From the NCBI RefSeq assembly GCF_009914755.1, contig NC_060943.1: a stretch of 64,000 bases of DNA; one strand, 5' to 3'. A program made the translations under genes and the position numbers. Source of the DNA: the human T2T-CHM13v2.0 reference genome, Homo sapiens. Under the pieces are notes generated by a model, which was not told the DNA's origin, made no database searches, and saw only the letters and a list, made by a program, of their open reading frames with translations. Positions 1 through 37,303 of this stretch are shown piece after piece (positions within the stretch are counted from its first letter, which is position 1; every line of letters starts with the position of its first letter).

Positions 1-1310
1 ACTGGCTCAAGATCTAGGCCACTTCTCAAATCCAGGTGCTCTGGTCCTTCAGTATGTGGATGATTTACTTTTGGCTACTAGTTCAGAAGCCTCATGCCAG
101 CAGGCTACTCTAGATCTCTTGAACTTTCTAGCTAATCAAGGGTACAAGGCATCTAGGTCGAAGGCCCAGCTTTGCCTACAGCAGGTCAAATATCTAGGCC
201 TAATCTTAGCCAGAGGAATCAGGGCCCTCAGCAAGGAACAAATACAGCCTATACTGGCTTATCCTCACCCTAAGACATTTAACAGTTGCAGGGGTTCCTT
301 GAAATCACCAGCTTTTGCTGATTGTGGATCCCCAGATACAGCGAGATAGCCAGGCCCCTCTATACTCTAATCAAGGAGACCCAGAGGGCAAATACTCATC
401 TAGTAGAATGGGAACCAGGGGCAGAAACAGCCTTCAAAACCTTAAAGCAGGCCCTAGTACAAGCTCCAGCTTTAAGCCTTCCCACAGGACAAAACATCAC
501 AGAGAGAGCAGGGATAGCTCTTGGAGTCCTTACTCAGACTCATGGGATAACCCCACAACCAGTGGCATACCTAAGTAAGGAAACTGATGTAGTAGCAAAT
601 GGCTGGCCTCATTGCTTATGGGTAGTTGCAGCAGTGGCTGTCTTAGTGTCAGAGGCTATCAAAATAATACAAGGAAAGGATCTCACTGTCTGGACTACTC
701 ATGATGTAAATGGCAACCTAGGTGCTAAAGAAAGTTTATGGCTATCAGACAATCGCCTACTTAGATACCAGGCACTATTCCTTGAGGGGCTGGTGCTTCA
801 AATATGCACATGTGTGGCCCTCAACCCTGCCACTTTTCTCCCAGAGTATGAGGAACCAATTGAGCATGACTGCCAACAAATTATAGCCCAGAATTATGCT
901 GCCCAAGAGGATCTCTTAGAAGTCCCCTTAGCTAATCTTGACCTTAACCTATATACTGATGGAAGTTCATTTGTGGAGAATGGGATATGAAGGGCAGGTT
1001 ATGCCATAGTTAGTGATGTAACTGTACTTGAAAGTAAGCCTCTTCCCCCAGGGACCAGCGCCCAGTTAGCAGAACTAGTGGCACTTACCTGAGCCTTAGA
1101 ACTGGGAAACGGAAAAAGAATAAATGTGTATACATATAGCAAGTATGCTTACCTAATCCTACATGCCCATGCCGCAATATGGAAAGAAAGGGAGTTTCTA
1201 ACCTCTGGGGGAACCCCCATTAAATACCACAAGGAAACCATGGAGTTATTGCACACAGTGCAAAAACCCAAGGAGGTGGCAGTCTTACACAGCCGAAGCC
1301 ATCAAAAATG
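1..1310 (+). pseudogene. Degenerate retroviral pol (RT C-terminus, connection, RNase H); integrase absent
   Basis: ORFs 56..349, 322..990 and 1126..1338 are consecutive gammaretrovirus-like pol pieces broken by frameshifts and stops. Confidence 0.9.
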
Positions 1311-1516
1311 GGAAGAAGAGGGGAGAACAGCAGCATAAGTGGCTAGCAGAGGCAGGGAAAGACCAGCAGAAAGGAAAGAGAGAAAGAGACAGGAAGTCAG
1401 AGAAAGAGAGAAGAGAGGAAGAAACAGAGAGACAAAGAGAAGGAGACAGAGAGGAAGAGACAGAGACAAAGAAGAAGTCAAAGAGAAAAGGAGATAGAAG
1501 TAGTAAAAAAAAAAAA
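1310..1516 (+). repeat. AG-rich low-complexity purine tract inside the provirus
   Basis: Near-continuous GA/AG runs ending in an A run, located where integrase would be expected. Confidence 0.75.
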
Positions 1517-2149
1517 GTGTACCCTAGCGTAAATTTAAAACCTATAATTGATAATTGAAGGTCTTCTCTGTAACCTTATAACACTCCAATACCACCTTGT
1601 TGTCAGTGTAAACAAGGGCATAGCCGGAAAGCACTGAGGCCACTGACAACCTGTAGCCTTCCTATCAAAAATCCTTAACCCAGCAGGTTTCCTAACAGGA
1701 GATCTAAATCTTAATTAATTACCATACAAAGGTCTGACCAGATCTAGGAGGAACTCCCTTCAGGACAGGATGATAGATGGTTCCTCCCAGGCGATTAAGG
1801 GAAAAAGACACAATGGGTATTCAGTAAGTGATAAGGAAACTCTTGTAGATGCAGAGTTAGGAAAATTGCCTAATAATTGGTCTGCTCAAACATGCCAGTT
1901 GTTTCCACTCAGCCAAATCTTAAAGTACTTACAGAATCAGGAAGCAGCCATCTATACCAATTCTAAGTTAATATGGACTGAACAAGGTCTTACTAATAGC
2001 AAAGAATAATTGAAATCCCAAACTTACAAGGTTTTCAACAAAAGTAAAGTTTGCTAAAAAAGTTAACAGTGTAACATGTATTATCCTAACTTCTAATCTT
2101 ATGGAAATCAGACCGTATCTGTGCCCCTCAAAGCTCAAGTCTATCAGCG

Positions 2150-2700
2150 CAGGGCCATACAACTAATATCCCTACTTATAGGGTTAGGAATGGCTACTGC
2201 TACAGGAACCGGAATAGCCAGTTTATCCACTTCATTATTCTACTACCATACACCTTCAAAGGATTTCTCAGACAGTTTGTAAGAAATAACAAAATCTATC
2301 CTTACTCTACAATCCCAAATATACTCTTTGGCAGCAGCAACTCTCCAAAACCACTGAGGCCTAGACCTCCTCACTGCTGAGAAAGGAGGACTCTGCACCT
2401 TCTTAGGGGAAGAGTGTTGTTTTTACACTAAACAGTCAGGGATAGCACGAGATGCCACCTGGCATTTACAGGAAAAGGCTTCTGAAATCAGACAATGCCT
2501 TTCGAACTCTAATACCAACCTCTGGAGTTGGGCAACATGGCTTCTCCCCTAGGTCCTGTGGCAGCCATCTTGCTCTTACTCACCTTTGGGCCCTGCATTT
2601 TTAACCTTCTTGTCAAATTTGTTTCTTCTAGAATCGAGGCCATCAAGCTACAGATGGTCTTAAAAATGGAACCCCAAATGAGTTCAACTAACAACTTCTA
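2150..2700 (+). pseudogene. Degenerate env transmembrane subunit
   Basis: QRR|AIQLISLLIGLG cleavage/fusion-peptide region from 2154. Immunosuppressive domain LQNH*GLDLLTAEKGGLC from 2343, then the CX6CC motif CTFLGEECC. In-frame stops, e.g. TAA at 2280-2282. Most of SU is missing. Confidence 0.88.
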
Positions 2701-2863
2701 CTGAGGACCCCTGGACCGACCCACTGGCCCTTCCACTGGCCTAAAGAGTTCCCCTCTGGAGGACACTACAATTGCAGGGCCCCTTCTTCCAGCAGGAAGT
2801 AGCTAGAGTGGTCATCGGCCAAATTCCCAACAGCAGTTGGGGTGTTCTGTTTAGAGGGGTGAT

Positions 2864-3580
2864 TGAGAGGTGAAGCCGGCTGGGCTTCTTGGTTGAGTAG
2901 GGACTTGGAGAACTTTTCTGTCTAGCTAAAGGATTGCAAATGCACCAATCAGCGCTCTGTGTCTAGCTAAAGGTTTGTAAATGCACCAATCAGCGCTCTG
3001 TGTCTAACTAATCGCGTAGGGGACTTAGAGAACTTTCCTGTCTAGCTAAAGGATTGTAAATGCACCAATCAGCACTCTGTGTCTAGCTAAAGGTTTGTAA
3101 ATGCACCAATCAGCACTCTGTCAAAACGGACCAATCAGCACTCTGTAAAACGGACCAATCAGCACTCTGTAAAGTGGACCAATCAGCTCTCTGTAAAATG
3201 GACCAATCAGCAGGATGTAGGTGGGGCCAAATAAGGGAATAAAAGCAGGACACCGCAGCCAGCAGCGGCAACGTGCTTGGGTCCCCTTCCATGCTGTGGA
3301 AACTTTGTTCTTTCACTCTTCCCAGTAAATCCTGCTGCTGCTCACTCTTTGGGTGCGCACTGCCTTTATGAGCTGTAACACTCACCGCAAAGGTCTGCAG
3401 TTTCACTCCTGAAGTCAGCGAGACCAAAAGCCCACCAGAAGCAAGAAACTCTAGACATGTCTGAATATCAGAAGGAACAAACTCTGGACACACCATCTTT
3501 CAGAACCGTAACACTCACCGGAGGGTCTGTGGCTTCATTCTTGGAGTCAGCAAGACCAAGAACCCACCAATCTGGACACA
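2864..3580 (+). mobile_element. LTR12-family (ERV9) 3' LTR
   Basis: Starts TGAGAGGTGAAGCC after the PPT and ends GGACACA. Contains tandem CACCAATCAGC..TCTAGCTAAAGG repeats with 8 CCAAT boxes (2941-3210) and an AATAAA-type box at 3238-3243. Subfamily not determined. Confidence 0.92.
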
Positions 3581-3585
3581 GGATG

Positions 3586-4653
<1,068 letters not shown>

Positions 4654-4835
4654 GATGCCCAATGAACACCCTGGGAATGAGATCCAAGAGGCGATAATGG
4701 CATCTGCTCTAATAACTAGTACATTGACTCTAGGCTTAGATTATTCACCACTGAATAAATAAACGTATTTATTCAGCAGTGGGGAACTTACAGCAATGAT
4801 GGGGACAGATACAGTCCCTGATGTCATCAGGCTGA

Positions 4836-5030
<195 letters not shown>

Positions 5031-5393
5031 TGATGCACCACATCTGGCTAATTTTTGTTGTTGTTCTTTTCTTTTTTTTCCTTTTCTCTTTTTTTTCCTT
5101 TTTTTCTTTTTTTTTTTTTTTTTTTGAGAGACTGGGTTTTGACATGTTGCCTAGGCTGGTCTCTAGCTCCTGGCCTCAAGTGATCCTCCCACCTCAGCCT
5201 CCTCAAAGGGCATGTTTTTAGGCATAAGCCACCGCAGCCAGCCAAAACAAACAAACAAAAAGTAACGTATACTTTGTGTTAATAATTTTGCATAGTATAT
5301 TGAAAATTTGCCAAGAAAGTACATTTTAGATACTCTCACTACACACACAGTTAATTATGGAAGGCAATGGATAGGTTAATTGCTTAACTCTCA

Positions 5394-5702
<309 letters not shown>

Positions 5703-6884
5703 TCATAATTATTATTTCACTGGGTACATGTGTATCAAAACACACGCTGTACACCCTAAATATATAAAACAAACACATACTGTATTGTCAGGTAGTGATA
5801 AATCCTATCACTACCTGACAATACAGCAGTATGTGTTTTATTTTCTATATTACCTATTTTTATATTTTACCTATGTGGCAAAATATAGGACAAAAGAGGG
5901 GTAGTGGTAGGAGGTCCTGTTGGAGAGCATTGGTATCCAGTAAGGATTTAAAAGTATTTATTTAACAAAGAATAGCAGAAAGTGGACGGTTGATTCACAC
6001 TTGGTGCAATCTCGGCTCACTGCAACCTCCACCTCCCAGGTTCAAGCGATTCTCCTGCCTCAACCTCCTGAGTAGCTGGGTTTACAGGCACCAGCGACCA
6101 CGCCCGACTAATTTTTGTATTTTTAGTAGAAACGGGGTTTCACCATGTTGGTCAGGCTGGTCTCGAACTCCTGACCTCGTGATCCGCCAGCCTCGGCCTC
6201 CCAAAGTCCTGGAATTACAGGCGTGAGCCACCGCGCCTGGCTGATCTGGTTATTTTCAAAAGATTCCATGAGACGGGTTTCTTCAGTTTACAGAGGAGGA
6301 AACTGAGGCACAGAAGGATAACCCAGTGAGTCCCAATATAGAGATGGAGACTGCAACCGAGAAAGGGGACCCAGCGCTGAGGTCCCCGGAAATGGTCATT
6401 TATGGGCTTGGGGGGCGACCAGGGCAGCGCGCGCTGACCTATGACGTCATCGGGACGTTAAGCATCGTAGCATTACCTGGAGGTAGCCCCATTTCTCTTC
6501 CCGGACAGGTCCTCTGATAGTCGGGTAGGTTCTCAATCAAGCCTCTCATTAGTTATTTGGTCTGTCAATCCATTTCATTCCTGCAGTCTTCCGCCCCGCC
6601 CTCTTGAGCTCGCCCCTGATAGGCTGGCGCGTCCGTCACTTCAAAAAGGTCCGCATTCCTTCCGCCTTTCTCCAGGACACCGAGGGCGAGGAGGGTGGTA
6701 CCAAGCGGCGCCCACCCTCAGAGCACTACTTCCATCTCTGATTGGCTTCGCTGGGTGCCCGTCGCTACTCCACTCGCCGCTGATAGGCCATTCAACCGCC
6801 GCTCTGCGCGGCGCCGGCTCCGCCCCCGTCGGGTGTTTGTGGTGGGGCTGCGGAGTCGCCGATCCCGCCGGAAGCGCCAGGACA

Positions 6885-20039
<13,155 letters not shown>

Positions 20040-20920
20040 CCCCTGCGCCTCCACCCAGCGTGCGTGCACGTCCTCCGCCCGTCCCCGCCACGGTATCCTC
20101 TGGCCCCTCCCTGCTGTCCCTCTGTGGCCGGCTCGTTCCAGCCCTCCCAGTGAGCTCTGCACGGCCGGGCCGGGGCCCAGGAAGGACAGGAGCCAGTGCT
20201 ACCCCGTCCTGCCCGGGGAAAAGCTAGAAGCCCCGGTTTGCTGCACCCATGAAACTCGGGTCCCCACAGCGTCTTGGCGGGGTGGGGAGGGCGGCAGGAT
20301 GGACGGGGCTGGCCAGAGGCGAGGAGGACGGGCGGACGGCGCCGCCTTCTCCCCTTTTCCTTGGCCGACTCTAGGGAGCGATTGCCTCCCTCCCTCTGTG
20401 ACCGGGTGGCCCAGCCAGCCCGTCGTCCCCACCCAGAACCGTGCTCTGGGCCAAAGCCCGAAGAACCAGGCAGCGGGGGCCGGGGCAGGCGGACCCCCCG
20501 GGCTCTCAGCGCCCACCCGCTCCTCCGCACACAGCAGCTCGCACAGGCCTCCCACCTCTGCCTGTTGATTGATGCAGGGAGAAGCCCGTCCCCCCCTCTC
20601 CCCTCTCCCCTCCCCTCTCCTGCACGCAACGCGCCCTCTCGGCCCTCCCTGTCCCCCTCCTCTGTCTCGTCTCCCCATCTGGTCTGGAACCTGTTTGCAA
20701 GTGAAGCAATATCTCCGTGTTTTGTATATACAACCGCTCTTGTAGCCTTTGGTTTTTGTTAATGTAGAGAAACACAGATTCTTTATACACTTTGTAAGAT
20801 TTACGCCAAACCCCAGCTCTCGATCTCTTCTTCTCCCTGTGGCCCCTGCGCTGTTGCCCCGTCCCCGTCACCCCGCCCGTTACTGAAATGTATAATCTGA
20901 CTTCCTGTACAGAAACCTGC
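20040..20920 (+). other. RAB11B: RAB11B 3' UTR (end approximate)
   Basis: Repeat-free GC-rich sequence after the stop, with an AU-richer UGUA-containing block at 20700-20915. No AATAAA to fix the end. Confidence 0.55.
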
Positions 20921-21839
20921 CGCTGCGCCTCTGTCTTCTTTCTTTTCCGCCAGGCGCCAGCTCCTAGGCTGAGGCCCCTCTCGCTGCACGTTCCCCAATG
21001 CAGGCCAGACCCCCCGTCTCCCCAGCCCACCCCACAGGAAGCGAGAGGACCCCAGCACCTGCCAAGGGCAGCGTGGAAGTCAGCCAGCGCAGTTGGGGTG
21101 GGCCCTGGTCAAGCTGCCCCTGTGGCAGGGAGGGATGGAAGGCTGCCGCTTGTCCTTGACTTTAAACTCCTGGGTCCTAGGACCTCAGGCCTGCGGGCGT
21201 CCCCTGATGGGGATGGGAGCCAAGAGCAGTGGCCAGGGTTCATCACTTTGTCTCCTGCCAGGGCCTCCCCTCCCCTGGGGTCCTGACGAGGGTGACTTGC
21301 CCAGTGGATGTTGGTGATGCCAGATGTCTCCACCCTAAACTGACACCGGAGGAGGGCCCAGTGGGGAAATGCCAGGGACAGCAAAATGTGTGGCATGGAG
21401 TTCCTCTTCCCAGGATCCAGCGTCTCCCTCCACCTCACCCCTGCAGTGACCTTGGGACCAGTGTGAGCTGCCAGCAGCTGTCCAAAAGCTCCAGCCTCTA
21501 GCTGAAGAGGCCACCCACACCCTGAAGACCCTGGGGACCCATGAGAGAGGACAGCACCACTCCCTCTTGATTCTAGACTGGCTGCCCTGCCTGGAGGGAT
21601 AGGGGATCACAGACACCTTTTCCCAGAAGAGCTCCAGGTCGCTGGGAGCTGTGTAGACACAGGAGTTGGAATGAGCCAAGGTGTGCGCTCCAGGCCCAGG
21701 GAGCAGCCTGGCACAGAGCTAACTGGCAGAATTGGAGGCACCTGGGCTCCAAGGCCCATTCACAGAGACCCCTGGGACATGGATTCCCCTGGGTTTGGGC
21801 AGGGCAGGTCATGTGGTGGACAGAGGCATTGGGTGCTAA

Positions 21840-29470
<7,631 letters not shown>

Positions 29471-29499
29471 TAAATTCTGCAGAGGTTTTATTTATTAGA

Positions 29500-30110
29500 G
29501 GACGCTGGCCGTCTGCAGGTGGCGCAGCAGCACCCCCTCGTGCCTGGGGCGGGGCTGGGGCGGGGCCAGTGCTGGGGCGGAGCCGGAGCTGGGGGCGGAG
29601 CCAAGACGCGGCAGGGGCGGAGCCAGCAGCTGCGGCACAGCGGGGCCTGTGCGGCCCAAGTCGTCCCTGTGGCCTCCGGCCCCGCCTCTTAGGGCGGGAC
29701 GTGCAAGGCGATTGGCGAATGCAGGCGAGAGGCGGTCGCTATTGGTCCGCGGCGCTGTCGGCTCGGCGGGCGGTGCCCGGACGCAGGTGCCGGCCGGAGC
29801 GGAGCTAGTGGCGCCGACGGGCCGGGCCGGGCCGGGACCGGGGCCGAGGCGAACCGAGGGGCCTGTGCGGCCGCCCGGCCCGGCCGCGGATCAGGTAGGC
29901 ACGGGCCTGCAGGTAGGGCCGGAGGACGCCAGTCCGCGGGCCGGCCCCGGGTTCGAGGCCGGAGCTCGGCACCCGGGCGGGACGGCTGGGCTCGATCCCT
30001 TGGCCACAGCCTTCTCGGGGACGCGGGGACCTCAGTTCCCGTGTCAAGGCCGGTGGGAGGTCTCCGGGGTCCGGCACACATAGGCGCCTCTCCGAGCCTC
30101 GGTTTCCCCA
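29500..30110 (+). promoter_or_regulatory. MARCHF2 CpG-island promoter
   Basis: Stacked GGGGCGG GC boxes at 29546-29620, two ATTGG boxes (29711, 29741) and high CpG density. Confidence 0.85.
29770..29894 (+). other. MARCHF2: MARCHF2 non-coding exon 1 (start approximate)
   Basis: Follows the promoter boxes and ends at donor CAG|GTAGGC (29894). A second donor CAG|GTAGGG lies at 29912. Confidence 0.65.
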
Positions 30111-31867
30111 CCTGTGAAACTGGGTCATCCCATTGCCAACCTGATGGGGCTTCTGGGAGGATTCAGGAGGTGGCTGGTGCAGAAAACGCCTGACACACAG
30201 TAGGCAACTGCTAAGTGGCCAATGCCCTTCCCCAACCTCCTTCTCAGAGCGGCTCTGCCTGCAAAATAGTAAGTTATAATATAATGACCCAGCCACTTTG
30301 CACAAAGATGCTGAAACAGGATGCCCTGTGCTATGTGGGTGCTCAAAACGGGGTAGTCAAATGGGCATGTTGAGCTCATTCAGTTCTTTTGAAACCATAC
30401 TGAGTAGGTGGAAGCAGTAGAAATGTCCCCTGTTATACAGTTGAGAGAGTCCAGGCTCAAAGAGGTTAAGTGTCTTGCCCAGGGCCACACAGCACATAAG
30501 GAGTAGAGCTGGGATTGGAACCTTGCTTCTCATGCAGGGAGGAATGAATGCAATAACAACCTCCACATTTACCCTAAAAAATATTAATAGAGCTTTTATT
30601 GAGCACTTACTGTGTGTGCCAGGGTTGACTGTGTGACCTCTCATCAACAACTCTGTAAGCTGATGATAGTAATTATAATAAGAGCTAATAGTTATTAACT
30701 TCTTAATTTTTTACTAATTTATGAACTACATATCATTATGACTCCCCGTCTTTTTTTTTTTTAGACAGAGTCTCTCTCTCTTGCCCAGGCTGGAATGCAG
30801 TGGCACGATCTGAGCTCATTGCAACCTCTGCCTCCCAGATTCAAGCGATTCCTACCTCACCCTGGTCAAGTAGTTGGGATTACAGGCCCCCGCCACCGTG
30901 CCTGGCCAATTTTTGTCTTTTTAGCAGAAACGGGGTTTCACCATGTTGACCAGGCTGGTCTCGAACTCCTGGCCTCAAGTGATCCACCTTCCTTGAACTC
31001 CCAAAGTGCACAAAGTGCTGGGATTACAGGCGTGAGCCACTGCGCCCGGCCTGTAACACTCATTTTAGAGATGATAATACTGAGGCTGAGAGAGTAAAAC
31101 AGCTGCCTGAGACCACAATGTAGGGAGTTTTAGGGCCCTCTGATTCCTCTGCCCTCTGTTTCCTACCTTCAGGAAAAGGAGCCTGGGCAGGTATGGAAAA
31201 GACTGGGGGGCCTCAGTGCCACCCTAAACAAGCCTAGCTAAGGGTGAGCTTTACTGGATGAATTCAGCCTGGAGGCTCCTTCTCAGGAGACCCCTCCACG
31301 GACAGAGTCCACCAGCTCCATCATTAGAATGAGGCCCAGAGAAGCAAAGTGACTTGAACCAGGACACCCAGCATCGGTGGCATAGCCAGGAGGGCCAGGA
31401 GTTAAAGAACCCAGGTCTCTTGAGGTCCAGAACCACTCCCTGGACTGTTTTAAGTTCAAATTCTGACACCACCCCTTCCTAGCTATATGACCTTGGGAAA
31501 GTAGGTGCCTCTCTCCGAGCTTCAGCCTCTTTCCCCATCATAGGGTGTAATTATTGGTTTGTTGTGAAGACTCAATGAGATCTATCTCCAGGCCGGGCGT
31601 GGTGGCTCATGCCTGTAATCCCAACACTTTGAGAGGCCAAGGCGGGCAGATCACTAGGCCAGGAGTTCAGGACCAGCCTGGGCAACTTGGCAAAACACCA
31701 TTTCTACAAAAAAATACAAAAATTAGCTGGATGTGGTGGTGTGCAGAGCTACTCAGGAGGCTGAGGTGGGAGGATCACCTGAACCTGGGGGCGGTGGAAG
31801 CTTCAGTGAGCTGTGATTACTACACTGCCCTCCAGCCTTTTGGGTGACAGATTGAGACCCTGCCTCA

Positions 31868-32193
<326 letters not shown>

Positions 32194-33054
32194 TCAAAAA
32201 AAAAAACAAAAAAAAAACAAAAAAAAAAACCAGACAAAAGAAAGAAGAGAAATAAATCTCCTGGGCACTGGGCCAAGTTTGCTGGAGCCATCAGATCACT
32301 CTCCCATTTCAGCAGCCTCAGAGCTGAGTCCGACTTGCAGTCACCCTCTCTTTGTGTCCAGCCTCAAGTTTGGCCTCTTCCAGGCCTGGGCCTCTGTGGT
32401 TTGAGTGGACCTCTAGCCTCTAAATATCTCTGATGCCCACCACAGGGGCTGGCCGACCAGGATCGGAGGGTCAAGAGATGTGGCTCTCTCACGCTGTTCT
32501 TAAACGGAGTGAGGATTGAGAAATGACTACAACATGGCCAGGCACAGTGGCTCATGCCTGTAATCCCAGCACTTTAGGAGGCTGAGGTGGGCAGATCACG
32601 AGGTCAGGAGTTCGAGACTGGCCTGGCCAACATGGTGAAACCCTGTCTCTACTAAAAATACAAAAATTAGCCGGGTATGGTGGTGGGTGCCTGTAATCCC
32701 AGCTACTCGGGAGGCTGACGCAGGAGAATCCCTTGAACCCAGGAGGTGGAGGTTGCAGTGAGCTGAGATCGGCCACTGTACTCCAGCCTGGGCGACAGAG
32801 CGAGACTCTGTCTCAAAAAAAAAAAAAAAAAAAAATGACTGCAGCAGCAACCAGAAATGCAGCAGCTCTGGGCTAGACAGAGGGCCAGGTGCTGGGGACA
32901 GCGGGAGGCAATCTGACAGGGTCTCTTTTTTACAGAATTCACTGTAGGGTAGGACAACAGACGTGGCTAAATACGTAGGTGAATAAGTAGAATGTTTCAG
33001 ACAGGGACACATGCCACGAGTGGAATCAAGTGGACCCCATTGGCACTTCATTGA

Positions 33055-33381
<327 letters not shown>

Positions 33382-33567
33382 TGAAGGAGACACTTATAAC
33401 AACTGTTTCGAGTTCAGTGAGATGATGACTATGTATGGAGATTGCTTGGCATAGTGTCTGGTTCTTAATAGATAGAAGCTGCTAGTATAATTTTGGTGGT
33501 TTGCAGGCCTTGCATTAAGAGATTTACCTGTGGTTTTTTTTTTTTCTCCCTGATAGAAGAAATATTA

Positions 33568-34562
<995 letters not shown>

Positions 34563-35533
34563 TAAAGACCTAGCCTCAGAAGGGCTGGGCTGGAGGAAAG
34601 GACTCGCCTCTGCCTGCCTTCCCGTAAAGAGCCCAGCCGCTTCCCCTTTGGCCTCTGAGCTTAAGGTTCTGGTTGCAGGGACTTGGGAGGGAGAGCAGCA
34701 GGCACCCTGTGTCAGGCCCGGCCACTGCCCTGTGGGTGTTATCTCAGGCCTGCAGTCTTCCTCTTGGGTCCCTGCCTTTGGGCAATACTTGCTTATCTGG
34801 CCTGCAGAGGCCTGACTATGATGCTCAGAAGAACATGTGAGGCCAGGAAGGCTGCTGGCTGAGCTGTTTAGAGGGCATTTATCCAGCAGTGAACTGTCCT
34901 AGCGCAAGAGTTAGTAATTGCTCCCCTGTTCCTTCACCTCCCCACTTTGGAGCTCAGATTTGTTTTTTTGTTTGTTTGTTTGCTTGCTTTCTTTTGTTCT
35001 GTTTTAGAGACTGGAGACTGGGTCTTGCTCTGTTACCCAGGCTGGAGTGCAGTGGTGTGATCATAGCTCACTACAGCCTTGAACTCCTGGGCTCAAGAGG
35101 TTGAGGCTCCCTCCTCAGCCTCCCAAGTAGCTGGGACTACAGGCTTTCAGCACCATGCCTGGCTAATTCAAAAAAACCTTCAGAGAGATAGGGTCTCTCT
35201 ATGTTGCCCTAGCTCGTCTCAAACTCCTGGCCTCAAGTGATCCTCCTGCTTGGACCTCCCAAAGCGCTGGGATTACAGGTATGAACAACTTCCCCTGGCC
35301 CAGGGCTCGGATTTTGATTGGCAGTTTACAAGCTGACTTGGGGTGGGGGTGGGAATACTTCGCTGAGTACTTGATTGCCTCTCTTGCTTGGACTTTCTGA
35401 ACACTTTAGGGGCTGCAGGGGCTCTGGACATTGTAGCTCTTGGGGGTTGGACAAGCTGGGAACAGAGATCCTTGGCTCCAGGGCACCTGTATTGGCTTCA
35501 AGGAGGTCTCCAGAAAGGGCCCTTGTTTCTTCA

Positions 35534-35752
<219 letters not shown>

Positions 35753-35854
35753 TCAAGAGATCAAAACTATCCTGGCCAAAATGGTGAAACCCCATCTCTA
35801 CTAAAAATACAAAAATTAGCTGGGCATGGTGGCTCATGCCTGTAGTCTCAGCTA

Positions 35855-36065
<211 letters not shown>

Positions 36066-36099
36066 TCACGAGGTCAGGAGATCGAGACCATCCTAGCTA

Positions 36100-36378
<279 letters not shown>

Positions 36379-36467
36379 CTAGCACTTTGGGAGGCTGAGG
36401 CAGGTGGATCACAAGGTCAGGAGATGGAGACCATCCTGGCTAACATGGTGAAACCCCGTCTGTACTA

Positions 36468-37303
<836 letters not shown>

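Larger units (their letters stand above)
1..2863 (+). mobile_element. ERV9/HERV9-family provirus internal region (3' part; defective pol and env), truncated by the window start
   Basis: RT catalytic YVDD at 53-64, connection QPVAYLSK and LNPATFL (820-840), RNase H YTDGSS (952-969) and SAQLAEL (1057-1077). Env TM remnant follows, then a polypurine tract (~2853-2863) abutting an LTR12-type LTR. Confidence 0.9.

Noticed and set aside
2150-2700. Possible syncytin-like co-opted env
   Set aside because: SU is largely deleted and there are in-frame stops before and within the immunosuppressive domain.
2900-3215. Regularly repeated units that superficially resemble a CRISPR-like array
   Set aside because: They are the normal LTR12 U3 tandem repeats, with no unique spacers, in a human context.
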